A DNA stretch of 64,000 nt. Origin: Candidatus Oxydemutator sp. GTDB taxonomy: Bacteria > Pseudomonadota > Gammaproteobacteria > Poriferisulfidales > Oxydemutatoraceae. Numbering within the stretch: position 1 is the stretch's first letter; each line of letters begins with the position of its first letter. Shown here one piece after another: positions 9,497-18,613 of the stretch. The notes beneath the pieces were generated by a model. That model did not search any database, was not told the origin of the DNA, and saw only the letters and a list, made by a program, of their open reading frames with translations. A program made the position numbers and the translations under genes. The stretch covers positions 448,001 through 512,000 of the forward strand of contig OZ241883.1 in assembly GCA_965203445.1 (NCBI GenBank), written 5' to 3'.

Positions 9497-11098
9497 TCAG
9501 TGCCACAATCGTTTTGCCTTGAGGTGGAAAATTGTTTCCGAATATGCGGCCGTGCGGTCTTTTTCTACGCGGTTGAGGACGGGGCGTCTGTATTGGTGGA
9601 CGATCCGCAAATCGGAAGCCTCGGCAATCTGCGGATACAGGTCGTATTTGTCGTTGGCGACGAGGAAAACGTCGAAATCGTCGCGCAGGAAACGCCGGCA
9701 ATTCACCAGAACCTTTGCGATCTCGGTCGCATAAGAGGCGCGCGCCTGCCTCCCCTGGCCCTTGGAAAGCGGCCCTATCTCCCATGCGTCCCGGCGCGAG
9801 AAACCGAAGAGATCGTAGGAGTAGGCATGCTGCTCGTGATAATCAATCAGGCCGACGTAGGGCGGGCTGGAAAAAATCCCCTTGATCTTCTGCGAGGCGA
9901 CCAGATCGGCAAGCGCCTTGTTTTTTCCCGCAAGGGCCGCGCGGACGTCTATCGTCCGGCTGTCGCCGACCAGGCAGTGCTGATGCGTTCCCGTGCGCAA
10001 TGCGCCGAAGTCGCGCAGACGCCGGCACGTGTCCTCGCAATAGCGCCGCCACCATCCGAAAAGCGACAAAATCGGCTTGCAGACCTTTCCGTGCTTCTTG
10101 CAATAATAGGGACGCGCGACGGGTTCCTTCAGCGTCCCCAGATCGGCGTGGGTCGTCGCGCGGCAGGAGCGGATCGTGCGGCTCAGCACGACCCTCGCGA
10201 CGTCTTTCACGTCGGCGCGGCGTATCCCTTGCAGCCGCGCCAGCAGAAAATCCATCTCCCGTCTGACCGGCGGCGCATACCATTTGTCTAAAAAGTCGCG
10301 CCCGCCGGGCGGCGCGACCTCGACGCCGTATCGCCGCACGAGACCGTCGAAAACAGGCAGAAATTCTTTCAGCTTCTCCGCCGCGTAACGACGCTCGGGA
10401 ATTTTTCCCTGATTCACGTCGCGGCGATAATCGGGAGACGGAAAGTATTTCTGATTAAACGCCTTCAGGCGATCCGTCAGTTCGGCGTCAAAGAGGAGAT
10501 GGGCGCCGCCCTTGCGGAATTCCCGCAAAGACTCGGTCAGGCGCGAGAACACCGATTCGACGCGATCCACGTCACAGGTGCCGATTTTCACGTTGCCGAC
10601 GAGGGCGTTGAACGCTGAGACGTCCACGCCTACCGCGTGCATTCCAAGCTCGTTGGCCTGCACCAGGGTCGTCCCGCTGCCGCAGAAAGGATCCAGCACG
10701 ACGTCCTCCTCCCCGAAGCAGGCCTCTTTCTTGAAAGCGTCGGTATGGCCGTCCAGGAAATACTCTGCGAGCTGCGGGATGAACTTGCCCTTGTAGGGAT
10801 GCAGACGATGGACGTGCTTCGTTCTTTCGGCTTCCCGGTATTCGGTGAAAGAAAGCCGCCAGTTGAGATCGTCGCCGAGCTGCTCTTTCCAGCGTTTTTC
10901 CTGGGGGCCTATCTGATTCCGATAATAGTCTTCCAGATCGCCGGCACGGACGGCAGGGCCGCCGTCGCCGGCGCTTTTTCGCACCCTGCCGTACTGGACG
11001 AGATAGCTGATATTGGACTGCGTGACTTGTCGGCCCAGCAGCTTGGAAGCGAACCGGCTCGCTTCCGCCAAAGTCAGCAGGTCTGCGTCTTTTGCCAC
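9497..11098 (-). CDS. Orphan amino-DNA methyltransferase (probably N4-cytosine) with N-terminal HTH
   Basis: HRLHPYKGKF, motif I DPFCGSGTT, distal motif IV FSSPPY. The N-terminal LLTLAEAS...ISYLVQYGRV segment is HTH-like. Confidence 0.88.
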   Translation of the reverse strand: MAKDADLLTLAEASRFASKLLGRQVTQSNISYLVQYGRVRKSAGDGGPAVRAGDLEDYYRNQIGPQEKRWKEQLGDDLNWRLSFTEYREAERTKHVHRLHPYKGKFIPQLAEYFLDGHTDAFKKEACFGEEDVVLDPFCGSGTTLVQANELGMHAVGVDVSAFNALVGNVKIGTCDVDRVESVFSRLTESLREFRKGGAHLLFDAELTDRLKAFNQKYFPSPDYRRDVNQGKIPERRYAAEKLKEFLPVFDGLVRRYGVEVAPPGGRDFLDKWYAPPVRREMDFLLARLQGIRRADVKDVARVVLSRTIRSCRATTHADLGTLKEPVARPYYCKKHGKVCKPILSLFGWWRRYCEDTCRRLRDFGALRTGTHQHCLVGDSRTIDVRAALAGKNKALADLVASQKIKGIFSSPPYVGLIDYHEQHAYSYDLFGFSRRDAWEIGPLSKGQGRQARASYATEIAKVLVNCRRFLRDDFDVFLVANDKYDLYPQIAEASDLRIVHQYRRPVLNRVEKDRTAAYSETIFHLKAKRLWH

Positions 11099-11129
11099 GT
11101 TTCCGGTGCGGCGCCCGTCGCGCGCCCGC

Positions 11130-12500
11130 TCAGCCGCCCGATTTCTTGTCCGCGTAATACTCGTGCGTCAGCTTGACGATGATCGGCGACAACAGCGCCA
11201 GCGCGATCAGGTTGGGCAGCGCCATCAGCGCGTTGAACACGTCGGCCACCAGCCAGATCAGGTCTATGCCGGCCCTGGCGCCGCCTTCCCACAGCAGCAC
11301 CAGCGGCCCGACGAACACCGTGACCAGATACAGCAGACGATAGACCGTGACCTGATTCAGGCCGAACAGATACTGCCAGCATTTCTCCCCGTAATAACTC
11401 CAGCCGAGGATCGTCGTGTAGCCGAACAGGATGACCGCGGCCGCCAGCAGGTATTCGCTGCCGGGCAGCACGCTGGCGAACGCCATCGTCGTCAGGTCGA
11501 CGCCGGTCTCGCCGGTCTCCCAGACGCCGGTTACGACGATGGCGAGGCCGGTTATCGTGCAGATGACGAGGGTGTCTATGAAGGTTCCGAGCATCGCGAC
11601 GTGGCCCTGGCGCACCGGGCTGTCGGTCTGGGCCGCGGCGTGCGCAATCGGTGCGCTGCCTAAGCCGGCTTCGTTCGAGAACACGCCGCGCGCGACGCCG
11701 AAGCGGATCGCGGCCCAGACCGCGGCGCCGGCGAAGCCGCCGGCCGCGGCCGTGCCGGTGAAGGCGGTGGAGACGACGAGAGCGACGGCCGCGGGAATTT
11801 CGGTCACGTGCGCGAACACCACGATCAGGCCGGCGAGCACGTAGAGCACCGCCATCGTCGGCACCAGTTTGCTCGCCCACGTGGCGATGCGGGCGATGCC
11901 GCCGAACAGTACGATCGCGGTCAACGCGGTGAGCACGACCGCGGTCCACAGCGGCGAGAAGCCGTGGTCGTCGAGCGCGTCGGCTATCGAATTGGACTGG
12001 ATCATGCAGCCGATGCCGACGGCGCTGACCGTGCCGAACGTTGCGAACAGAAAGGCGAGCCACTTCCAGTTTTCGCCGAGTCCGTTTTTGATGTAGTGCA
12101 TCGGGCCGCCGATGCGTTTGCCGGCGGCGTCGGTCTCGCGGAAGCGCACGGCACACACCGCCTCGCTGTATTTCGTGGCCATGCCGACGAGGGCCGTGAT
12201 CCACATCCAGAACAGCGCGCCGGGGCCGCCGAGCGCGATTGCGGTCGCGACGCCGGCGATGTTGCCGATGCCGATGGTCGCCGACAGCGACGTCATCAAC
12301 GCGCGGAACGCGCTGATGTCGCCCTCGCCCTGCGCCTCCCGTCCCTGCCACAACAGCGAGAAGCCGTAGCCGATTTTTCGCACCGGCAGCCACGACAGCC
12401 GGGTCGTCAACAACAGCCCGACGCCGAGGATCGCGATCAGCATCGGCGGCCCCCAGACGATGCCGCTGACGGTGCCGATGAAGTTTTGTAATGCCTGCAT
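11130..12500 (-). CDS. Alanine/glycine:cation symporter (AGCS family)
   Basis: GIGNIAGVATAIALGGPGALFWMW, GGPMHYI, RGVFSNEAGLGSAPIAHA, GWSYYGE. Confidence 0.95.
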   Translation of the reverse strand: MQALQNFIGTVSGIVWGPPMLIAILGVGLLLTTRLSWLPVRKIGYGFSLLWQGREAQGEGDISAFRALMTSLSATIGIGNIAGVATAIALGGPGALFWMWITALVGMATKYSEAVCAVRFRETDAAGKRIGGPMHYIKNGLGENWKWLAFLFATFGTVSAVGIGCMIQSNSIADALDDHGFSPLWTAVVLTALTAIVLFGGIARIATWASKLVPTMAVLYVLAGLIVVFAHVTEIPAAVALVVSTAFTGTAAAGGFAGAAVWAAIRFGVARGVFSNEAGLGSAPIAHAAAQTDSPVRQGHVAMLGTFIDTLVICTITGLAIVVTGVWETGETGVDLTTMAFASVLPGSEYLLAAAVILFGYTTILGWSYYGEKCWQYLFGLNQVTVYRLLYLVTVFVGPLVLLWEGGARAGIDLIWLVADVFNALMALPNLIALALLSPIIVKLTHEYYADKKSGG

Positions 12501-12529
12501 GGTGTGCCCCGTTGGTTGAGCTGCCGCAA

Positions 12530-13177
12530 TTATACGGCGGCGATTGCGTTTTTATCGGGCCACGTGCAGCAATCCGCTATCGGGCAGTCGGCACACGCCG
12601 GGTTGCGCGCCTTGCACGTGTAGCGCCCGTGCAGGATCAGCCAGTGGTGCGCGTGGCGCTTGAACTCGTCGGGAACGACCGCCAGCAGTTTTTTCTCGAC
12701 CGCCTCGGGCGTCTTGCCCGGCGCCAGGCCGGTGCGGTTCGCTACCCGAAAGATATGCGTGTCCACCGCAATCGTCGGTTGGCCGAAGGCGTTGTTCAGG
12801 ATTACGTTCGCGGTCTTGCGCCCGACGCCGGGCAGGCTGGTCAGCGCTTCCATGGTGCCCGGCACGCGCCCGCGGTGTTCGGCGAGCAGGATTTTGCAGG
12901 TGGCGATGATGTTGTCGGCCTTGGAATTGAACAGGCCGATGGTGCGGATGTGGGTTTTCAGTCGCCGCTTGCCAAGCTCCAGCATTTTGGCGGGCGTGTT
13001 CGCCTCCTTGAACAACGTGCGCGTCGCCTTGTTGACGCCGACGTCGGTCGCCTGCGCCGACAATATCACCGCGACCAGCAACTCGAAGCGCGAGCGATAG
13101 ACCAGTTCGCTGCGCGGGTTCGGATTGCGCTCGCGAAGGCGGGTGAAAATCGTGCGGGCGGCGGCGCCAGGCGGCAT
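12530..13177 (-). CDS. nth: Endonuclease III
   Basis: FELLVAVILSAQATD, HhH LPGVGRKTANV, VDTHIFRV, 4Fe-4S motif CKARNPACADCPIADCC. Confidence 0.97.
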   Translation of the reverse strand: MPPGAAARTIFTRLRERNPNPRSELVYRSRFELLVAVILSAQATDVGVNKATRTLFKEANTPAKMLELGKRRLKTHIRTIGLFNSKADNIIATCKILLAEHRGRVPGTMEALTSLPGVGRKTANVILNNAFGQPTIAVDTHIFRVANRTGLAPGKTPEAVEKKLLAVVPDEFKRHAHHWLILHGRYTCKARNPACADCPIADCCTWPDKNAIAAV

Positions 13178-13181
13178 GGTT

Positions 13182-13592
13182 TCAGCTTGACCGCGCGCCG
13201 CCGGTGGCCGCGGCGACGCGCCGTTGCAGCGCCTGCCTGGCCGTATCGCGCGCACTTTTGCGGCGTTCGTCTTCGCGCGCAAGGCGCCGCTTGCGCGCCT
13301 TGATGCGCCGCGCGGCATCGCGCATTCGCCGTTGTCGCGCCTCGGGCGTCTCGGGCGTCTCGGGCTCAGGCGCCATTGCGATGCAATCCACCGGACACAC
13401 GGGCAGGCACAACTCGCAACCGATGCACTGCTCCTCGATCACGGCGTGCAACCATTGCGCTGCGCCGAGAATCGCGTCCACCGGGCAGGCCGCAAGACAC
13501 AGCGCGCAACCGATGCATTCCTCCTCGTCTATGCGCGCGACGGCGCACGTGAATTTCAGGCGCGGCGCGGCGCGCGTTGTCGGCGTCTCCAT
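13182..13592 (-). CDS. Short RnfB/RsxB-like 2x[4Fe-4S] ferredoxin
   Basis: Two CxxCxxCxxxCP motifs plus an RnfB-like basic tail, located between metG and nth. The N-terminal membrane/FeS part of full RnfB is missing. Confidence 0.85.
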   Translation of the reverse strand: METPTTRAAPRLKFTCAVARIDEEECIGCALCLAACPVDAILGAAQWLHAVIEEQCIGCELCLPVCPVDCIAMAPEPETPETPEARQRRMRDAARRIKARKRRLAREDERRKSARDTARQALQRRVAAATGGARSS

Positions 13593-13596
13593 GCGC

Positions 13597-15651
13597 CTAC
13601 CGGATCTTCATGCCCGGCTGCGCGCCGGCGTCGGGTGCGATCAGGAACAGTTCGCCGCCGCCGGCGCCGGCGGCCAGCACCATCCCCTCGGAGACGCCGA
13701 AGCGCATTTTCTTCGGCGCCAGGTTGGCGACGACGACGACCAGGCGGCCTGGCAGGCGCTCGCTCTCGTACGCGCGGCGGACGCCGGCCATGATCGTGCG
13801 GTTGCGCGCCTCGCCCACGTCTATTGCAAGGCGCAGCAATTTGTCGGCGCCCTCGATTTTCTCGGCGCTGACGATTTTGCCGACGCGCAGATCGAGCTTC
13901 TGAAAATCGGGCAGCCCGATTTGCGCCGCTTGTGTGGGCGCGTCGTCCGCCGCCGACGCACTCGTTTCAGATTTCGGGGCGCTGCCGGGCGTTTCCACCA
14001 GACGCTTCGCCACGTCGCGCTCGATGCGCGTGAGCAGCGGGCGAAAGCGGTTGATCCTGTGGTGCTCGCCGGCACCTGCTTTTTCCACGAAAGGGTCGCG
14101 TTGCCAGTGCTGTAACGAACAGTTCAAAAACGCCTCGGCCCGCGCGCACGTCTCGGGCAGCACCGGCTTCAGGTAGAGGACGAGGCGGCTGAACAGCAAC
14201 AGGCCGAGACTGCATACGACGTGCAGCTCGCCGCCGGCGTCCGGGCGCTGCTCGCGTTTTGCGATCTGCCACGGCTTGTGGCGATCTATGTAGCGGTTGG
14301 CCTCGTCGGCGAGCGCCATGACGGCGCGCATCGCGGCCGCGTATTCGAGGGTCTCGTATCGGCGCGCGACGTCGGCGCCGGCGTCCTGGAAACGGCGATA
14401 GAGATCGTGGCCGACGGTCTTGTCCGTGCACAGGATGCGGTCGTCGAAGTACCGGTGGATGAAGCTCGCGCAGCGGCTTGCGACGTTGACGATTTTGCCG
14501 ACCAGATCGCCGTTGACGCGCTGCACGAAATCGTCGAGTCCCAAGTCGGCGTCGGCGACGTTGTCGCCGAGTTTGGCGGCGAAGTAATAGCGCAGATACT
14601 CCGGCGACAGATGCCGCAGATAGGTCTTTGCGGTGATGAAGGTGCCGCGCGACTTCGACATTTTCTGGCCGTCGACCGTCACGAAGCCGTGGCAGTGCAC
14701 CGCGGTCGGCTTGCGAAAACCCGCGCCCTCGAGCATCGCCGGCCAGAACAGCGTGTGGAAATAGGCGATGTCCTTGCCGATAAAATGGTGCAGTTCGGCG
14801 TCGGAAGCGGCGCCCCAGAAGCGCTCGAAGTCCACGCCCTCGCGTTTGCAGTAGTCTTTGAAACTCGCCATGTAGCCTATCGGCGCGTCGAGCCAGACGT
14901 AGAAGTACTTGCCGGGGTGGTCCGGTATCTCGAAGCCGAAGTACGGCGCGTCGCGCGAGATGTCCCAGTCTTGCAGCCCGGCGTCGAACCACTCGTCCAG
15001 CTTGTTGCCGATCTCGGGCTGCACGTGCCCGCCCTTCGTCCAGCGTTTGAGGCTGTCCTCGAAGTCGCGCAGCCGGAAGAAGTAGTGCTCCGATTCGCGC
15101 GCGACCGGCTTGTCGCCGGTCACCACCGACACCGGGTTTTTCAGTTCCGAGGCCGCATAGGTCGCACCGCACGCCTCGCAGCAGTCGCCGTACTGATCGG
15201 CGGCGCCGCAGCGCGGACACTCGCCCTTGATGTAGCGGTCGGGCAGAAACATCCCCGCCCGTTCGTCGTAGGCCTGGGTGACGTTGCGGCGCGTGACGTG
15301 CCCGCCCTCCTTGAGGCGGCGATAGATCAGCTCCGACAGTTCGCGGTTTTCGTCCGAATGCGTCGTGTAGTAGTTGTCGAAATGCACCAGAAACGCGGCG
15401 AAGTCGTCGGCGTGCTCCTTGTGCATACGCGCGATCAGTTCCTCGGGCGCCACGCCTTCCCGTTGCGCCTTGATCATGATCGGCGTGCCGTGCGCGTCGT
15501 CGGCGCAGATGTAATGACAGACGTTGCCGCAAAGCCGCTGAAAGCGAACCCAGACGTCCGCCTGTATGTACTCGAGCAGATGCCCGAGGTGTATCGGCCC
15601 GTTGGCGTACGGCAGGGCGTTGGTAACCAGTATTTCGCGCTTTTTTGTCAT
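13597..15651 (-). CDS. metG: Methionyl-tRNA synthetase
   Basis: [13 protein letters not shown], zinc knuckle, KMSKS, C-terminal tRNA-binding (Trbp111-like) domain. Confidence 0.99.
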   Translation of the reverse strand: MTKKREILVTNALPYANGPIHLGHLLEYIQADVWVRFQRLCGNVCHYICADDAHGTPIMIKAQREGVAPEELIARMHKEHADDFAAFLVHFDNYYTTHSDENRELSELIYRRLKEGGHVTRRNVTQAYDERAGMFLPDRYIKGECPRCGAADQYGDCCEACGATYAASELKNPVSVVTGDKPVARESEHYFFRLRDFEDSLKRWTKGGHVQPEIGNKLDEWFDAGLQDWDISRDAPYFGFEIPDHPGKYFYVWLDAPIGYMASFKDYCKREGVDFERFWGAASDAELHHFIGKDIAYFHTLFWPAMLEGAGFRKPTAVHCHGFVTVDGQKMSKSRGTFITAKTYLRHLSPEYLRYYFAAKLGDNVADADLGLDDFVQRVNGDLVGKIVNVASRCASFIHRYFDDRILCTDKTVGHDLYRRFQDAGADVARRYETLEYAAAMRAVMALADEANRYIDRHKPWQIAKREQRPDAGGELHVVCSLGLLLFSRLVLYLKPVLPETCARAEAFLNCSLQHWQRDPFVEKAGAGEHHRINRFRPLLTRIERDVAKRLVETPGSAPKSETSASAADDAPTQAAQIGLPDFQKLDLRVGKIVSAEKIEGADKLLRLAIDVGEARNRTIMAGVRRAYESERLPGRLVVVVANLAPKKMRFGVSEGMVLAAGAGGGELFLIAPDAGAQPGMKIR

Positions 15652-15738
15652 TTGCGGGGTGGTGGCGGGATACGTTCGCGGCGAGGTCGGGCTGCTTTCG
15701 GGCGGGAAGCTTCGTTGCGCGGGGCGGCGGATACGGCT

Positions 15739-16002
15739 TTATTGCGCCCGCAATTTGCCGGAGGCGGTTTTCCCGGTTTTCTCAGTCTTCTCCAGGCACT
15801 CGGCCAGCCAGATTTTTATGATGGATTGCCGGGTCACCCCCAGACGGGCGGCTTCCCGATCTATGGACTCGATCATCCAGGTCGGGAAATCCACGTTGAC
15901 GCGCTTTTGCTCGCGCATCGGTCTCCTGGCCTTCGACAAGTCCAGGGCGCCCGTAATATCCTTTCCCTCGTCAAAGTTTTTATCAAAATGTTTCGCTTTC
16001 AT
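15739..16002 (-). CDS. BrnA-type (RHH/CopG) antitoxin
   Basis: MKAKHFDKNFDEGKDI..LDLSKARRP..KRVNVDFPTWMIESIDREAARLGVTRQSIIKIWL. Confidence 0.85.
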   Translation of the reverse strand: MKAKHFDKNFDEGKDITGALDLSKARRPMREQKRVNVDFPTWMIESIDREAARLGVTRQSIIKIWLAECLEKTEKTGKTASGKLRAQ

Positions 16003-16103
16003 AGAGAGCAACCTCCTCGGGGTCGGGACTTCCGGACTGAATGTATAAAAATTATACCATTATGGAGTTTGCGAAGACTTTGTGATGTGACTTGCCCGAC
16101 TAC
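15897..16103 (-). repeat. Duplicate of the brnTA locus at 18148-18568 with the brnT core deleted
   Basis: 15897-16041 matches 18148-18291 and 16043-16103 matches 18508-18568. The ~215 bp between them is absent. Confidence 0.9.
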
Positions 16104-16139
16104 CCCGGTATCATTTTTTCCAGATCTTGCCGGCGTGCT

Positions 16140-17486
16140 TCAGCCCTTTTTTCCCATCTCTTGCAGGCGCGCCTCCAGATCGGGCGGCGCCACAAATAGA
16201 AACGTGCGGCCCGCGCGCGAGTGGCGCAGCAGATCTCTCTGCTCCAACGTCAGCAGATCATTGCGCGCCGTCGCGTACGTGATGCCGTGGCTGTTGAGAT
16301 GCGACCTGATCGAGTAGCGAACACCGGGGTTGCGCAGGGCGTGTCCCAGCAGCGCGGTTTGCCGATGATTCAATCCGACGTCGGCGCGCAACATCTGCTC
16401 GATGGCGCGCACCTGCCCGCTTTTGCGCGCAATGTAATTGTGCAGTTGTTTGATGGCCCCGTTGATGACCCGCAGTTGGGCGAGAATGAAATAAGTAAGA
16501 TCGTTCTCGTCGGTTTCGGTGTAGAGAAACGAGCGTGCGTAAGCCGCCGGCGCCTTGCGCAGGATGCTGGAAATGGAAAGGAATTCGGCGAGCCAGTAGC
16601 CTTGTTTCAGCATCGCCCAGTAAAACAGGGCGCGCGCGGTGCGTCCGTTGCCGTCCATGAAAGGGTGGTCGTAGGCGAACCAGAAATGCAGGAGTATGGC
16701 ACGCACCACCGGATGTACGAATTCGTGGCGCGGGCCACCGTTGGCAAATCGGCAAAGCTTTTCCATGTGTTTTGGGATTTCCCGCGCCTTCGGCGGTTGA
16801 TGCAATAGCGTGCCGTCTCGGTCGTATACCGCAATTTCGTCGTCGGTGCGCAGCCACGGCGGGGGGCAATCGGCGGGCAGCGTGTCCTTGCAGATGACGC
16901 CGTGAATCTCCTTTATCAGGGCCGGCGTCATTTTCCGTTGCTTGTGTTCGCCCGTGAGTTGCATCGCATGGTAGTTGTTGAGAATCATCCGTTCGGCGCG
17001 ATCCACGGGACGGCGCCCGGAGCGCAACATTTCCTTTGCCACCTTGCGCGTCGTCGCGGCGCCTTCGAGCTGGCTTGAGGTGATCGCCTCCTCGATCAGC
17101 GAACCTTGCAGATAGCGGTCTTTGCTACGTGGATTGGCAATCGGGTCGGGCACGTTGATCTGGCCGCTTGCGCCCCGGTCAACGTTGTGCAGCATCTCGA
17201 GGGCGGGGTCGGGCATCGTGTAGGAAAAACTGCGCCCTGCACGATCCACGAGCGGGACGAAACGCCGGGTCTGCAATCGTGTCCATTTGATGGACGCCCA
17301 CCATTCCTCCGATGTAAGCCCCTTTGGGGGCCGCACGTAGCGCAGAGTATGCCAATGGCGGTATTTTCCCTCCGGAGCAGGGCCGGTTTCCGTTCCGGGC
17401 AACTGCGCGATGCGTCGCAGGAGATCAGCGTCGGCCAATTTCTCTATAGAATCTTCATATGTCGCTGGCGTTACAGGGATTTTCAT
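16140..17486 (-). CDS. Fic family protein with C-terminal HTH
   Basis: Canonical HPFMDGNGRTAR Fic motif; EEAITSSQLEGA inhibitory-helix-like motif. Confidence 0.93.
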   Translation of the reverse strand: MKIPVTPATYEDSIEKLADADLLRRIAQLPGTETGPAPEGKYRHWHTLRYVRPPKGLTSEEWWASIKWTRLQTRRFVPLVDRAGRSFSYTMPDPALEMLHNVDRGASGQINVPDPIANPRSKDRYLQGSLIEEAITSSQLEGAATTRKVAKEMLRSGRRPVDRAERMILNNYHAMQLTGEHKQRKMTPALIKEIHGVICKDTLPADCPPPWLRTDDEIAVYDRDGTLLHQPPKAREIPKHMEKLCRFANGGPRHEFVHPVVRAILLHFWFAYDHPFMDGNGRTARALFYWAMLKQGYWLAEFLSISSILRKAPAAYARSFLYTETDENDLTYFILAQLRVINGAIKQLHNYIARKSGQVRAIEQMLRADVGLNHRQTALLGHALRNPGVRYSIRSHLNSHGITYATARNDLLTLEQRDLLRHSRAGRTFLFVAPPDLEARLQEMGKKG

Positions 17487-17558
17487 CTTCGGGTCTTTTT
17501 TATAAAAATCTATCAGTTCAGTTAAAATTAATAGATAGACCCTTTTTTGTCAATCATC

Positions 17559-17800
17559 TGTATGGGGCCACCACATTCTGGACAAATGGGGGAGTTGTTT
17601 CTCGACGGCTTGGCACGGGGCGATCTTCCCCAAACTCCAGTGTGGGCGCTCGGCGTTGTAGCGTTCCAGGTAGAGGAGCGTTCAAGGGCCGCGTCGCGAC
17701 TGCTGGTGCGACGACTTGCCAACGCCAACGCAAAACGACTGCTGTGATCCGTCACCGTGAAGATATAGTGACGACTGTTCCGTGCAAAAAGCATCGCTGA
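17559..17800 (-). mobile_element. IS481-like transposase remnant, internally deleted
   Basis: RHYIFTVTDHSSRFALA (rve core start) is joined to YLERYNAERPHWSLG...SRMWWPHT in another frame. A TGT terminus lies at 17559. Confidence 0.6.
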
Positions 17801-17920
17801 TTTTGGGCGTTAAGCACTGGTGCTTGCGCGCCAGTGCTTAACACGCTAAGCCCACCAGAATTTTGGGAGCGCAGCAAGTAAAATTTCTGCGTGTAGCGCC
17901 TTATCAGACATGGGTTCTCA

Positions 17921-18148
17921 TCACCGTTCTTTACATTCATATGCTTTACGAACGGTTGTTCTGATGTAGGCACTTAAACCTTCACCATATTGAGCGAGCC
18001 GCTTCATTTCTTTTATGTTCAATGATCCAGCACTCCAACAGGTGTAACGATAAATAGAACCATTATTAAACTGTACACGGATGAAGTCGCTACCAATCTC
18101 ATAGCCGCATACACCAGAATCACCACCTAGATTTTTGTATCTTTCCAT
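17921..18148 (-). CDS. KTSC-like small protein, fused in frame to an upstream BrnA N-terminal fragment (18252-18149)
   Basis: MERYKNLGGDSGVCGYEIGSDFIRVQFNNGSIYRY...GEGLSAYI. AT-rich. Confidence 0.65.
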   Translation of the reverse strand: MERYKNLGGDSGVCGYEIGSDFIRVQFNNGSIYRYTCWSAGSLNIKEMKRLAQYGEGLSAYIRTTVRKAYECKER

Positions 18149-18233
18149 GACGCGCTTTTGCTCGCGCATGGGTCTTCTGGCTTTCGACAAGTCCAGGGCA
18201 CTCGTAACATCCTTTCCCTCATCAAAGTTTTTA

Positions 18234-18506
18234 TCAAAATTTTTCGCTTTCATAGAGAGCAACCTCCTCGGGTCGGGACTTTCGGACTGAAATGATGCGG
18301 ATATTTTCCCCACGATAGGTGATCACACATGACCAGTGTTTATCCGCAATCATTCCAATCACCAGATACCTCGGTTCGCCTTCATTTCTGGCTGGTATTT
18401 CCAACAAGTTGGAATCATCCCAAAGTTTTTGGGCATTGACAAAGTCAATGCCGTGCTTGCCGAGATTTGTCGTGCTCTTACGCCCGTCAAACTCGAATCT
18501 GACCAT
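18234..18506 (-). CDS. BrnT-type ribonuclease toxin
   Basis: FEFDGRKSTTNLGKHGIDF...EPRYLVIG...RIISVRKSRPEE. Confidence 0.9.
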   Translation of the reverse strand: MVRFEFDGRKSTTNLGKHGIDFVNAQKLWDDSNLLEIPARNEGEPRYLVIGMIADKHWSCVITYRGENIRIISVRKSRPEEVALYESEKF

Positions 18507-18613
18507 GGTATAAAAATTATACCATTATGGAGTTTGCAAAGACTTTGTGATGTGACTTGCCCGACTACTGCACGGGGCGCCGAGTAGTCGGCTATATGAA
18601 GAGAGTGGGGCAA

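Noticed and set aside
14221-16317. 698-aa plus-strand ORF and other long antisense ORFs (34688..37258, 49085..51028, 60649..62799, 55203..56906)
   Set aside because: These are shadow frames opposite well-supported genes in high-GC DNA and carry no recognisable motifs.
17528-17800. IS remnant as the island's mobility gene
   Set aside because: Only ~240 bp remain, with a frameshift and no complete DDE domain.
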